Positions 12,647 through 25,129 of a stretch of DNA of 64,000 nucleotides are shown piece after piece (the stretch's first letter is position 1; each line of letters starts with the position of its first letter). The translations under genes were made by a program, and so were the position numbers. The notes below the pieces were generated by a model. That model was given only the letters and a program-made list of their open reading frames with translations. It was not told the DNA's origin and ran no database searches. Source of the stretch: Eledone cirrhosa (Eukaryota); contig OZ024740.1 of NCBI GenBank assembly GCA_964016885.1, forward strand, positions 316,882,001-316,946,000, read 5' to 3'.

Positions 12647-13405
12647 GTAATGGTGGTGGTGGTGGTGGTAGTAGTAGTGGTGGTGGTAGTAGTGGTCGTG
12701 GTGGTGGTAGTGGTGGTGGTGGTGGTGGCAGTGGTGGTGGTGGCAGTGGTGGTCGTGGTGGTGGTGGTGGTGGTAGTGGTGGTGGTAGTGGAGGTAGTGG
12801 TGGTGGTGGTGGTGGTAGTAGTAGTGGTGGTGGTAGTAGTGGTGGTGGTGGTGGTAGTGGTGGTGGTGGTGGTGGCAGTGGTGGTGGTGGCAGTGGTGGT
12901 CGTGGTGGTGGTGGTGGTGGTGGTGGTAGTGGTAGTGTTAGTGGTGGTGGTGGTGGTAGTGGTGGTGGTGGTGGTGGCAATGGTGGTGGTGGCAGTGGTG
13001 GTGGTGGTGGTAGTGGAGGTAGTAGTGGTGGTGGTGGTGCTAGTGGTAGTGGTAGTGGTGGTGGTGGTGGTGGTTGTAGTGGAGGTAGTAGTGGTGGTGG
13101 TGGTGGTAGTGGTGGTGGTGGTGGTGGCAGTGGTGGTGGTGGTGGTGGTGGTAGTGGAGGTAGTAGTGGTGGTGGTGGTAGTAGTGGTGGTGGTAGTGGT
13201 GGTGGTGGTAGTGGTGGTGGTGGTGGTTGTGGTGGTAGTGGTGGTGGTGGTGGTAGTGATGATGGTTATGATGGTGGTGTTGGTGATGATGCTGATGATG
13301 ATGGCGGCAGGTGTGGTGGTGGTTATGGTGTTGGTATTGGTGATGACAATGTGATGATAATAGTGGTAGGGATGGTAGTGGTGATGATGATAATAATGAT
13401 GATAA
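11847..13405. repeat. Interrupted (GGT)n/(GTA)n microsatellite, ~1.5 kb
   Basis: Visible triplet repeat; source of the poly-G/V/P/T/H ORFs. Confidence 0.97.
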
Positions 13406-13458
13406 CGATGTATGTACTTGAAAACGTCGGTGTGGACACCCATGTGTATATATACATA

Positions 13459-13534
<76 letters not shown>

Positions 13535-13538
13535 CATA

Positions 13539-13577
<39 letters not shown>

Positions 13578-13819
13578 CGTAAAATAAGAAAATATTTTTA
13601 AAAAAAATTAAAAAAAATTTTTTTACTTACTTACTTAAATTTTCACTCCAACTAATTAGTTTCTGCAATGGGATAAAGACAGTTACGTAATCCAACTGTC
13701 GACGTCTTTTATATTATTGTTCTGCATCCTCCTGCATTGAACCACCTAGGTACTATGACATAACCTGTGTATTTGCTGGCATGGGCGTGCATCTGTGCGC
13801 TTATGTTAGTTGATATATT

Positions 13820-13856
<37 letters not shown>

Positions 13857-13859
<3 letters not shown>

Positions 13860-14414
13860 GATAAATCTACCAAAAGTTTACGGTAGTGTCCAATCCGTAT
13901 GAAGAACTCAATGTAATCCGGATATCATGGAAAGAAGAGATGCATTCAAAAATCACTTTCGGTGAAAGATAAACGAAATACAGAGTCAAGATAAAATATT
14001 AAAAAAATAATGAATAAAACAATGAAACAGTTCTTTATATTAAACAAAAAAAGTTCATTATTTAACGATCGTTTCTAGGACATATATGTATTAGAATTGG
14101 CATGCATATTCAAAAGATCTATGTACAAAATTATACAAAATTATACAAACTATCAAATAGAATATACATACCAACACATACATATGCCGTCTTCAGAAAT
14201 AATTATTTCTGAAGACGGCATATGTATGTGTTGGTATGTATATTCTATTTGATAGTTTGTATAATTTTGTATAATTTTGTACATAGATCTTTTGAATATG
14301 CATGCCAATTCTAATACATATATGTCCTAGAAACGATCGTTAAATAATGAACTTTTTTTGTTTAATATAAGGAACTGTTTCATTGTTTTATTCATTATTT
14401 TTTAAATATTTTAT
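13857..14414. mobile_element. Spacerless ~420-bp palindromic hammerhead element with left tail
   Basis: Mirror centre at 14202/14203; arms 13991-14414; (TA)n on both sides. Confidence 0.8.
14202..14348 (+). ncRNA. Type I hammerhead ribozyme with ~115-nt stem II region (mirror copy 14057-14203 on minus)
   Basis: AUUAUUU CUGAAGA [cggcauauguauguguugg...cuaauacauauauguccua] GAAA CGAUCG UU AAAUAAU. Confidence 0.7.
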
Positions 14415-14437
14415 ATATATATATATATATATACATA

Positions 14438-14525
<88 letters not shown>

Positions 14526-14544
14526 TAATTTTATATATATATAG

Positions 14545-14863
14545 AGAGAAAGGATAAAAAGGACGATTGATTATTCCTTCATTGCATTTATTGATAGGTG
14601 ACGCGCGTTTCGCCACTGATCAGCTCAAGGTTCGATCTATATCGATCCTACCCGACTCAATAATCGGCAGCTCGACCTTGAGCTGATCAGTGGCGAAACG
14701 CGCGTCACCTATCAATAAATGCAATGAAGGAATAACCAATCGTCCTTTTTATCCTTTCTATATATTACACTCTGTATAGCTCTACACATCATCACAGAAG
14801 TGAACCTAAACATCGAGTGCTCACCCGGGTGAACCTGCAGTAACTCCTAGTTAGACCCACTGG
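14545..14863 (+). mobile_element. Fold-back element with hammerhead 3' half and tail
   Basis: Inverted arms of ~85 bp. GAAA CGCGCG UC ACCUAU, then AATAAA, then a tail with TCGAGTGCT. Confidence 0.7.
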
Positions 14864-14885
14864 ATATATATATATATATATATAT

Positions 14886-15077
14886 AATTGTTTCTACTTT
14901 TGGCACAAGGCCAGCAATTATCCCAGTGTATTACTGGTACTTTATTTTATTGACCCCGTAAGGATGAAAGGCAAAGTTAACCTCGGCAGGATTTGAACTC
15001 AGACCATAAAGGGCCGTAACTCTTTGCTGCAAAGCATGGTGTCCGACCCTCTACCGATACTGCCAATCCACCGCCCT
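14886..15077 (-). mobile_element. SINE family 2 (tRNA-like head, Nin/Deu-like domain)
   Basis: B-box GAGTTCAAATCC, GCCTTTCATCCTTACGGGGTC.ATAAAATAAAGTACC; many copies in the window. Confidence 0.85.
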
Positions 15078-15087
15078 TATATATATA

Positions 15088-16002
15088 TAATACAAAGAAA
15101 TACACAGACATATGCAAATACATACATATACATGCATATACCCACATATATCCCTGAATTTGTGTGGTGCCAACCTTAACCATTGTTGCTCTATGAATAA
15201 TAGGGACAAAATAATCTGAATGGATTAGATTGATTCAATATCAGAGCTATATAATACATTATAAAGAAAGAAGAAACATTAGATATAAATAAACAGATAT
15301 AATATACCTAAATTCCTTCATTATCCTCGACTACGTAGTTTCGTGGCTATTATGCAAAAACATTACATCATAGAGATGCAGTATTTTTGTGAGGTTTGCC
15401 GACTTATCAAGAGGATTCCTCATTTAGAGTTTCAAAACACGTCCGTAGGCCGCGCGATAGAATCCCGAAAGGGGGGGGGAACTTATCATGTGATACAGCG
15501 GTCAAGAAACAGAGCTAAGAGAAAAATACCACAATAGGTGGAGGGGGTATTTATGTCAAGGCCGTAGAAGAGTTGGCTAGGAGGGTGAGAAGTGTGAGTA
15601 GTATAAGCTTAACAGCAGTCACTATACTTCAGTGGTTACTCTACCGTAGGGAGTTATAAACAATACAAAGAAATACACAGACACATGCGAATACATACAT
15701 ATACATGCATATACCCACATATATCCCTGAATTTGTGTGGTGCCAATCGCTGTGCTTGACCGCTGTATCACGTGATAAGTTCCCCCCCGCCTATCGGGAT
15801 TCTATCTCGCGGCCGGACGTGTTTTGAAACTCTAAATGAGGTATCCTCTTGATAAGTCGGCAAACCTCACAAAAATACTGCATCTCTATGATGTAATGTT
15901 TTTGCATAATAGCCGCGAAACTACGTAGTCGAGGATAATGAAGGAATTTAGGTATGGTATATCTTTTTATTTATATCTAATGTTTCTTCTTTCTTTATAA
16001 TG

Positions 16003-16008
<6 letters not shown>
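15088..16008. mobile_element. Fold-back hammerhead element with ~255-bp inverted arms and an internal ~85-bp direct repeat
   Basis: Arms at about 15249-15506 and 15755-16008. Direct repeat at 15088-15173 and 15662-15745. Confidence 0.75.
15842..15937 (+). ncRNA. Type I hammerhead ribozyme, U3-A8 core variant (mirror copy 15322-15416 on minus)
   Basis: UAUCCUC UUGAUAA GuCGGC...GCCGC GAAA CUACGUAG UC GAGGAUA: perfect 7-bp stem I, GUC site. Confidence 0.8.
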
Positions 16009-16027
<19 letters not shown>

Positions 16028-16049
<22 letters not shown>

Positions 16050-16345
16050 GTTATGCAAGAAATACTTAGGATTATCCTGAATACAGTAATGGTTAATTAC
16101 TACACTAGATAGAGTCGATGTACGGTGAGGGGTTACTCAACGAGTTACAAAAGAACAGTTAAAGGAACTTGGTTTTCGATTCTTTTATATTCCGGAATGT
16201 AGTTAACGAATGATTAACAAAACTGATAGACATAATAAAAAGACAATTTATTCCAAGTGTTTACAAACTACTAAAGAAACATTTGTAAACACTTGGAATA
16301 AATTGCCTTTTTATGATGTCTATCTGTTTTGTTAATCATTCTTTA
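16028..16345. mobile_element. Fold-back element with ~60-bp arms and a probable hammerhead 3' remnant
   Basis: Arms at 16208-16267 and 16282-16341. GAAA CA-uu-UG UA AACACUUGG, then AATAAA. Confidence 0.55.
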
Positions 16346-16349
16346 TATA

Positions 16350-17895
16350 TATCTATCTATCTAGAGCGGGTAAAATTCCTGAGATCCATGGACGAGTTCT
16401 CTCCAGCGGTCTCTGTCCCTCATTATCGCTGCCATGTCCTGCGTCTCCAACAGACCAGTGTCTGTCCTTAGGGCATCAACATATGTTAACCTTGGTCTTC
16501 CTCTTCCACTGTGTCCATGCAGGAGCACTGAGTGCAGTGTCAACTCTGGATGTCGGTGAGTATGTCCAGCTAACCTCAATCTCCTCTGTGTCACTTTTGA
16601 GCTGACTTTTGGGAGGCTCCCATTCAGCTCTGAGTTTTTCATCCTCAGTGTATACTGATTAATGTTCAGAGCCATCCTCAGCATTCTCGTGTAGCACCCA
16701 CTATCTGAGTGAGTTTCTTGGTCAGTGTCCAAGTCTCAGACCCGTACAGCAGCACAGACTCCACTACAGCAATGAAGAGGCGGATCGTCAGGTCTTCATG
16801 AAGGTCTGACTTCCACACCGATCTCAAACTGTGGCACGCCGCCCAGGCTTTGCTCTTCCTCTCAACCACATCATCTTCCGTATTCCCAATCTTTACTCCC
16901 AAATACAGGAAGTCCTCAACTAATTCCAGCAGCTTCCCGCCTACATTAGTAATCCCCTCTGGCTTCTCAACATTCTCTACCAGATATTTTGTCTTAGTCT
17001 CATTCATTCTCAGCCCCACACTCATCGACACAGTCTCAACTTCCTGCATCAAATCCTCTGCCTCCTTCACTGTATTTGTCACCAAAACTATGTTGTCGGC
17101 AAATTCAGCATCCAATATCTTTTTCCCCTTAACTCTCCTGCTCTGTGCCGGTGTTACAGTAAAGCCAGAGTCCTGGTGTTTCTCCAGTGCAAGGCGCATA
17201 CAATAGTCTGCTACGATGATAAAAAGGTAGGGAGCCAATGTATCTCCCTGGAGCACTCCAGCCAGTATCTCAAAGAACTCTGTCATCCCATCAGGTGTAA
17301 TGACTTGGGCTTTGGTGTTGGTGTAGAGCAGTGATATCAGGTCCACTATCTTCTTGGGGATTCCATAAGCCTGTAAGATCTTCATCAGGCAGTGACGGTC
17401 CACAGAATCAAAGGCCTTCCTAAAGTCAATGAAAACCATGACCGCAGGAAGGCACTTTGCTCTAGCTCCCTTTAATATCCTCCTCAGCATCAGGATGTGA
17501 CTGGTGGTTGATCTTCCCTCTCTGAAGCCATTCTGGTTGTCCCTGAGCTTCTTCTCCATCTTGGGCTGGATCCTGTTAAGAATCATCCTGTTGAGGGTCT
17601 TTGCCACAAGTGACATCAGTGAGATCCCCCTGTAGTTGTTGGTGTTAGAGAGATCTCCCTTCTTTGGCACTGGGACGATGTTACTGATCCTCCACTGATT
17701 TGGGGCAACTCCCTTCTCCAGTGCCTGGTTACAGAACCCCAGGATGATATCATCAAAATCACACCTCTTCATCACCTCTGATGCCACTCCAGCTTCTCCA
17801 TACCTTGCTCTCCTTGATCTTCTTCTTGGTTCTCTGAAGCTCCTCTCTGGTGAAGAGATCTGTCTCAATATCCAGTTCTTCAAACAGCCACCTGA
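16350..17895 (-). mobile_element. 5'-truncated RTE-clade LINE (RT domain and C-terminus, frameshifted)
   Basis: Motifs NYRGISL, QNGFREGRST, FIDFRKAFDSV, GVLQGDTLAPYLF, FADNI, LLYGSETWTL. Confidence 0.92.
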
Positions 17896-18229
17896 TCTCC
17901 CCCCCCCCCCGGTGTTTGCATAGCTACGGCTTCCTAAAACTGTATTTCTTTGGAGATACGAAATATTATACATATATAAATATATATATAAACAAACATA
18001 TGTTGTGTACATTTTTATGTTAAATATCCTGTGAAATTCTGTATTGAAGGAACAACAAATATCAGTGAAGTAATAGTTGTCAATGAATAAGTCTGTGTTG
18101 AATGAGTTGGTAGCTATGATTATAGTAAAATATATCTTCTCATAGTCTTTACCGTCACTATTGACACCACCACCACCATATACGTCAACACAGCTGCTAC
18201 TACCACCACTCAACTCCTACAACCACCGA

Positions 18230-19640
18230 CAACCACTACCATCACTACCACTACTACAACCAACAACAGCTGTCACTATCATCACTACCACCACCACATC
18301 CCACCACTGCCACTACCACCACTACCACCACATCCCACCACTGCCACTACCACCACTACCACCATGACCACCCACCACTACCACTATCATCACTACTACC
18401 ACCACATCCCACCACTGCCACTACCACCACTACCACCATGACCACCCACCACTACCACTATCATCACTACTACCACCACATCCCACCACTGCCACTACCA
18501 CCACTACCACCATGACCACCCACCACCACCACTATCATCGCTACTACCATCACCACTGCCACTACCACCACTACCACCATGACCACCCACCACTACCACT
18601 ATCATCGCTACTACCATCACCACTGCCACTACCACCACTACCACCATGACCACCCACCACTACCACTATCATCGCTACTACCATTACCACTGCCACTACC
18701 ATCACTACCACCATGACCACCCACCACTATCATCGCTACTACCATTACCACTGCCACTACCATCACTACCACCATGACCACCCACCACTACCACTATCAT
18801 CACTACTACCACCACATCCCACCACTGCCACTACCATCACTACCACCATGACCACCCACCACTACCACTATCATCACTACTACCACCACATCCCACCACT
18901 GCCACTACCATCACTACCACCATGACCACCCACCACCACCACTATCATCGCTACTACCATCACCACTGCCACTACCATCACTACCACCATGACCACCCAC
19001 CACCACCACTATCATCGCTACTACCATCACCACTGCCACTACCATCACTACCACCATGACCACCCACCACTACCACTATCATCGCTACTACCATCACCAC
19101 TGCCACTACCATCACTACCATCATGACCACCCACCACCACCACTATCATCAATACCACCACCACATCCCACCACTGCCACTACCACCACTACCACCATGA
19201 CCACCCACCACCACCACTATCATCGCTACTACCATTACCACTGCCACTACCATCACTACCACCATGACCACCCACCACCACCACCACTATCATCAATACC
19301 ACAACCACATCCCACCACTGCCACTACCATCACTACCACCATGACCACCCACCACCACCACTATCATCGCTACTACCATTACCACTGCCACTACCATCAC
19401 TACCACCATGACCACCCACCACCACCACCACTATCATCAATACCACAACCACATCCCACCACTGCCACTACCATCACTACCACCATGACCACCCACCACC
19501 ACCACTATCATCGCTACTACCATTACCACTGCCACTACCATCACTACCACCATGACCACCCACCACCACCACTATCATCGCTACTACCATCACCACTGCC
19601 ACTACCATCACTACCACCACTCATCTCCCCCTACCACCAT
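18230..19640. repeat. (ACC/ACT/ATC)-based compound minisatellite, ~57-60-bp higher-order unit
   Basis: Recurring CCATGACCACCCACCAC...CACTGCCACTACC. Confidence 0.9.
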
Positions 19641-19649
19641 AAACAACTG

Positions 19650-20055
19650 AAATGAGTTTCTTCCAAAGGGTCATTAAAGTAACATTACTCGATAGGGCAA
19701 AGATCAGGAAGTTGCTCTAGGTAGAGCTGCTAATTCTCCGTATTGAGAGATCCCTGCTCCAACACTATGGACATGGTTAGAATGTCTAAAGACAAAGCCA
19801 ACCGGTAAGAGACCCAGAAGTAGACCATGAGCAAGATGGCTGGATAACATCCAGTTTCACTCAAGGTTGGTTTCACTCAAGGTTGGTTTCACTCAAGGTT
19901 CCAGCTGGATCAACAGGAGAGGGTTGCTTCTGACAGGACCTGTTGGAAGGTGTGTTTGAGGACTCAGCACTGTCGGGAAGAAGAAGAAGAAGAAGAAGAA
20001 GAAGAAGAAGAAGAAGAAGAAGAAGAAGAAGAAGAAGAAGAAGAAGAAGAAGAAT
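19650..20055 (+). mobile_element. RTE-like 3' fragment family with long (AAG)n tail
   Basis: Homologous to 10325-10690. Confidence 0.65.
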
Positions 20056-20773
20056 TTTGGAGGGATTTAATAATTTAACTAGCTCTGTCATTATTAAGTT
20101 GCTAATTAAGGGGTAACTTTCATATAATTATGATGGAAAGTTTTTAGATTAATATAAACTCTGTAAAATAAACAGCCTGCTATGAGAGCAGCTGGGAGGT
20201 TTAAGGAAGTTTGGTGTGAGAAGGGTTAGCCAATAAACTGAAGTATGGTATGGTAAAGATCCATAATTCCTGAGTGTCATAGAGGTGCCATATAGGCATT
20301 TGGCGTTTCTAGGGCCTCTTTTTAAACCTGGCAGAGCCCATCCCCCTCCATGTCTCAATATAGCAGACTTCTTCAAGAGAAGGATAGAGAGTAAGAAAAA
20401 GGAAGTGAGAAAGAGATATAGAGGTAGAACTGACCCCAATACTTGACTGGTACTTTTTTTATCAACCTTAAATTGATGAAAGGCAAAGTTGACCTCAGTG
20501 GGATTTGAACTCAAAGAGCAGAGAACCAGAACAAATACTATAAAGCATTGTTCTAACAACTCTGTCAACTTACCACTTGAAGTATGCTAATTAAATATGT
20601 AAATGTCTCAAATGAATTGTTGTCAATATTGTTACAGAAGAAAAATATTCTAAATATTTACATTTACTCAATATTTTTATTGGTTTTGATAATTTTATAT
20701 GAATCTGTGACTTTCAGTGATGACAGCATCATTAGCCTTGGTTTAGAGATAACGGTTCTTACTTTGGATCCAA

Positions 20774-21310
20774 TCTGGTATTATATACATTTGGTATTAT
20801 ATATATCTGGTATTATATACATCTGGTATTATATACACATCTGGTATTATATACATCTGGTATTATATACACATCTGGTATTATATACATCTGGTATTAT
20901 ATACACATCTGGTATTATATATATCTGGTATTATATACACATCTGGTATTATATATATCTGGTATTATATACACATCTGGTATTATATATATCTGGTATT
21001 ATATACACATCTGGTATTATATATATCTGGTATTATATACACATCTGGTATTATATACATCTGGTATTATGTCTACATCTAGTATCATGTATACATCTGG
21101 TATTATGTATACATCTCGTATTATATACACATCTGGTATTACATATACATCTGGTATTATATGAGGTCGATAAAATATAGTACCAGTAATGTACTGGGTA
21201 ATTGCTGGCCTTGTGCCAAAAGTAGAAACAATTATATACACATCTGGTATTATATATACATCTGGTATGATGTATACATCGAGTATTATATACACATCTG
21301 GTATTATTTA
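20774..21310. repeat. 16/18-bp minisatellite (ATCTGGTATTATATAC[AC])
   Basis: Direct tandem units, interrupted by a SINE 3' piece at 21164-21232. Confidence 0.92.
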
Positions 21311-21318
21311 CACATTCA

Positions 21319-21728
21319 AGGGCAGTGGATTGACAGTATCAGTAGAGCATCAGACACCATGCTTTGCAGCATAGAGTTATGGCCCTTTATGGTCTGAGTT
21401 CAAATCCCGCCAAGGTTAACTTTGCCTTTCATCCTTACAGGGTCAATAAAATAAAGTACCAGTCATGCACTGGGGTCGATTTAATTGACTTCCCCCTCCC
21501 CTAAAATTGCTGGCCTTGTGCCTATATAAGAAACCATTATGATGATGGATTGGCAGTATCGGTAGAGGGTCAGACGCCATGCTTTCCAGCATAGTTATGT
21601 CCCTTTACGCTCTGAGTTCAAATCCCGCCGAGGTTGACTTTGCCTTTCATCCTTACGGGGTCGATAATATAAAGTACCAGTAATGTACTGGGTAATTGCT
21701 GGCCTTGTGCCTAAAGTAGAAACAATTA
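21319..21728 (+). mobile_element. Two tandem SINE family 2 copies
   Basis: Two heads with B-box and Nin-like domain. Confidence 0.85.
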
Positions 21729-21741
21729 TGATGATAAACAA

Positions 21742-22135
21742 TCATCATCATCATCATCATCATCATTATTGTTCTTATGTTTGCTTTTCTATGCTTGCAT
21801 GGGCTGGACAAGTCCTTTTCAGCACAGCATCTCCCCACTCATCATATTCCTTTGCTATCTTCTCTGTGAGTCTCAGTGATTTGATATCAGTTCAGGCCAC
21901 CTCTGCCCAGGTATTCCTTGGTCTACCTCTTCTGTGGCTTCCTTCCACTGAGATTTCCTCGCATTTCTTTACCCAGTGGCTATCCTCATCCATGCACATC
22001 ACATGTCTATATCAATGTAGACTTCTCTCGTGTACACCACAGGATTCTTCTTAAACCCAGCTTCTCTCTCAGCTCATCCAAGCTCTGCCTTTCTCTCACA
22101 TTTACATTTCTCTCACACTTACATTGCATGCCAGC
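21742..22135 (-). mobile_element. Decayed RTE 3' end
   Basis: Similar to 49850-50168; (GAT)n tail. Confidence 0.7.
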
Positions 22136-22371
22136 ACAACTGAATTAACAAGTAGGTCATGACAGGATTAGAATTTAGACAGCAAAGAACCAGAACAAGC
22201 ACCTCAAAGCATCTTATTTGACATTCTATTGACTCTGCCAGTCCATTTCTCTAGACTGCTACTTGATTTTATCAACTCTGGAATGATGGAAGGCAAATTT
22301 GATCTCATGGAATTTGAACTCAGAACATAAAGTACCAGAATAAATACCATAAGATGTTTTATCCAATGTGT

Positions 22372-22491
<120 letters not shown>

Positions 22492-22586
22492 TGTATATAT
22501 ATATATATAGTTGGGCAGTTAATGACTCACATATGTTTTTCTGCCTAAGAAACTGAGGTATGGTTTAGTGAGTCATTGACAGTCTA

Positions 22587-22626
<40 letters not shown>

Positions 22627-22666
22627 TGTGTATATGTGTGAATATGTATGCATTTGTAAGTGTGTT

Positions 22667-22698
<32 letters not shown>

Positions 22699-23529
22699 CA
22701 CAGAAGAATGAAATTCAAAGTTGACCTTGGCATAATCTGAACTGAAAGCATTCTATCTGATGTTCTAACAACTAACCAATTTGTGGTCTAAAATGTTCAT
22801 TACATTTTAATATGTAGAAAAAGCGGATGTAAAATGATGATGATGATGATGAACTATGGAATATATTCTAATATGAAACTAGCAACCAGAAATGATTGAA
22901 TAAACTAAAGTTGTAACAGCATAAAATGTAGTTAATATTTTAAGTATATATCAACCACTGAGGTGATGAATTGGCAGAGTTGTGAGAATGTTGGATAGAA
23001 TGCTTTGTGATGTTTGTTTTGGTTCTCTGCTCTCTGAGTTTAAATCCCACTGAGATCAACTTTGCCTTTCATCCATTTGAGGTTGATAAAAAAAAATACC
23101 AGTCTAGTACTGGGGTTGATTCTTCCTCTATATCTCTTTCTCACTTGCATTCTCTCACTCTCTATTCATCTCTGGAAGAAATTTGGTGTATTCAGACCTG
23201 GAGAGGAGATCAGTTCCGCTAAGTTTTTTTAAAAAATGCCTTATAAATGGTGTATGTAAATATGGTGCCCCTATGACTCCCTCAGGCGTTACAGGAGCAT
23301 GCATGCATATCAACCATCCAAATTATCAGATCAATAAAGTAATGCAGTATGCAGCATGGTGAATATCTATTCGAAAATAAAATATTTGAATAGCAACTAC
23401 TGAAGTTACCAAATAGTTATTGCTATGCAGTATATAACAATATGTTGAATAGGATTTTATCTTTAGTTGTTGGGCCAAATTATGTAATAGTTGTTGTTGT
23501 TGAACATCAGGTTAGCCTTCACTGAGCAG

Positions 23530-23612
23530 GCATATGATGAAAGCTATTCCAGCCATGACCATCGTGTTTTTTTTTCAGATTCAGTGTATATAGAACTACA
23601 TTATTCAACATA

Positions 23613-23656
<44 letters not shown>

Positions 23657-24930
23657 CTCTCTCTCTCAGAGAGAGAGGGGAGAGAGAGAGGGGAGAGAGA
23701 GAGAGAGAGAGAGAGTTTTTTTCAGATTCAGTGTATACAGTACTACATTATTCAACATAGCTCTCTATCTCTCTTTTTAAGATGGCAGAGTGTGATATAA
23801 GAGAAAGCTATGGCTTCTGATGAAAGCTATTCCAGCCATGACCATCCTGTTTTTTTTTTCAGATTCAGTGTATATAGGACTACATTATTCAACATAGTTC
23901 TCTCTCATTTTTTTTAAAGATGGCTGGGTGTAATATGAGGGAGAGCTGTGGCTTCTCATAAAAGGTATTCCAGCCATGACCATCCTGTTTTTTTTTTTCA
24001 TATTCAGTGTATATAGGACTACATTATTCAACATAGTTCTCTATCATCTTTTTTTAAGATGGCAGGGAAAGCTATGGCATCTATCCCCAATAGATCAACC
24101 AGCAGTGCTTCCTTGCAGCTATTCAGAATATGACCAGCCTATTTTTTTTCAAACACAGTGTATCTTGGACTACATTATCCAATGTATTATTCCCTTTTTT
24201 TTTTAAGATGAAAAAGTGTTAAATGGGAGAGAGATTTGACTGCTATTTTTAGCAGGCCAACCATCTCTATAGAGGTTTCCTTATAGCTATGAAGTATATG
24301 GCAATCATATCCTTTTTCCAGACACAGTGTATCTAGGACTACATTATCCAATGTATTCATCTCTTTTTTAGGATGGCAAAGTGTTAAATGAGAAAGAGAT
24401 TTGACTGCTATTTTCAGCATGTTTACTGTCTCAGTACAGGTTTCCTTATAGATATGAAATATATGACTATCTAACCATTTTTTCAGACAGAGTGTATCTA
24501 GGACTACATTATTCAATGTATTATTCCCTTTTTTTCAAGATGGTAAAGTGTTAAATGGGTGAGAAATTTGACAGCTATTTTTAGCAGGTTAACCATCTCT
24601 ATAGAGGTTTCCCTATAGCTATGAAAAGCATCTAACCTTATTTTCAGATACAGTGTATCTAGGACTACATTATCCAATGTATTCTTCCCTTTTTTTAAAG
24701 AAATCATTATGTGATATCACAGAGAGATTTGACTACTATTTCTAGCAGGTCAACTAACTTCCTTATTGCTATACAGTATATAACTATCCTTTCCCCCTTT
24801 TCAGATACAGTGTATCTAGGACTACATTATCCAATGTATTTTTCCAAGAGGTTATGCTCTGGTGTGGTATGAGGGAGAGATTTGACTGCTATTTCTAGCA
24901 GGCTAACTAACTTCCTTATAGCCATGCAAT
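23530..24930. repeat. Degenerate 140-170-bp tandem units with core CAGTGTATCTAGGACTACATTATCCAATG
   Basis: The core recurs about 9 times. Confidence 0.75.
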
Positions 24931-25129
24931 TATATGAAATATTGGATATTTTTGATATCACTATAGCAACTAGTCAAGTTAGTCAAAAAGAAAGATAATA
25001 AACATAATTAGAGAAGACTAATGGTTGTAGTTGATCTGTATCATACATCAATATATATGAACAAGTGTGGTATATGTTGGTGGGGTGTAAAGAGGAAGCA
25101 GTGACTACTAGGACCACAGCCAAAACACT

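Noticed and set aside
11362-13443. Long 693, 521 and 394 aa ORFs (poly-T/P/G/V/H)
   Set aside because: They are translations of a stop-free (GGT)n microsatellite and are open in several frames at once.
13991-14414. Palindromes as amplification or assembly chimeras
   Set aside because: Most mirrored arms carry substitutions or indels and end at consistent element boundaries. An artefact is unlikely but cannot be excluded without reads.
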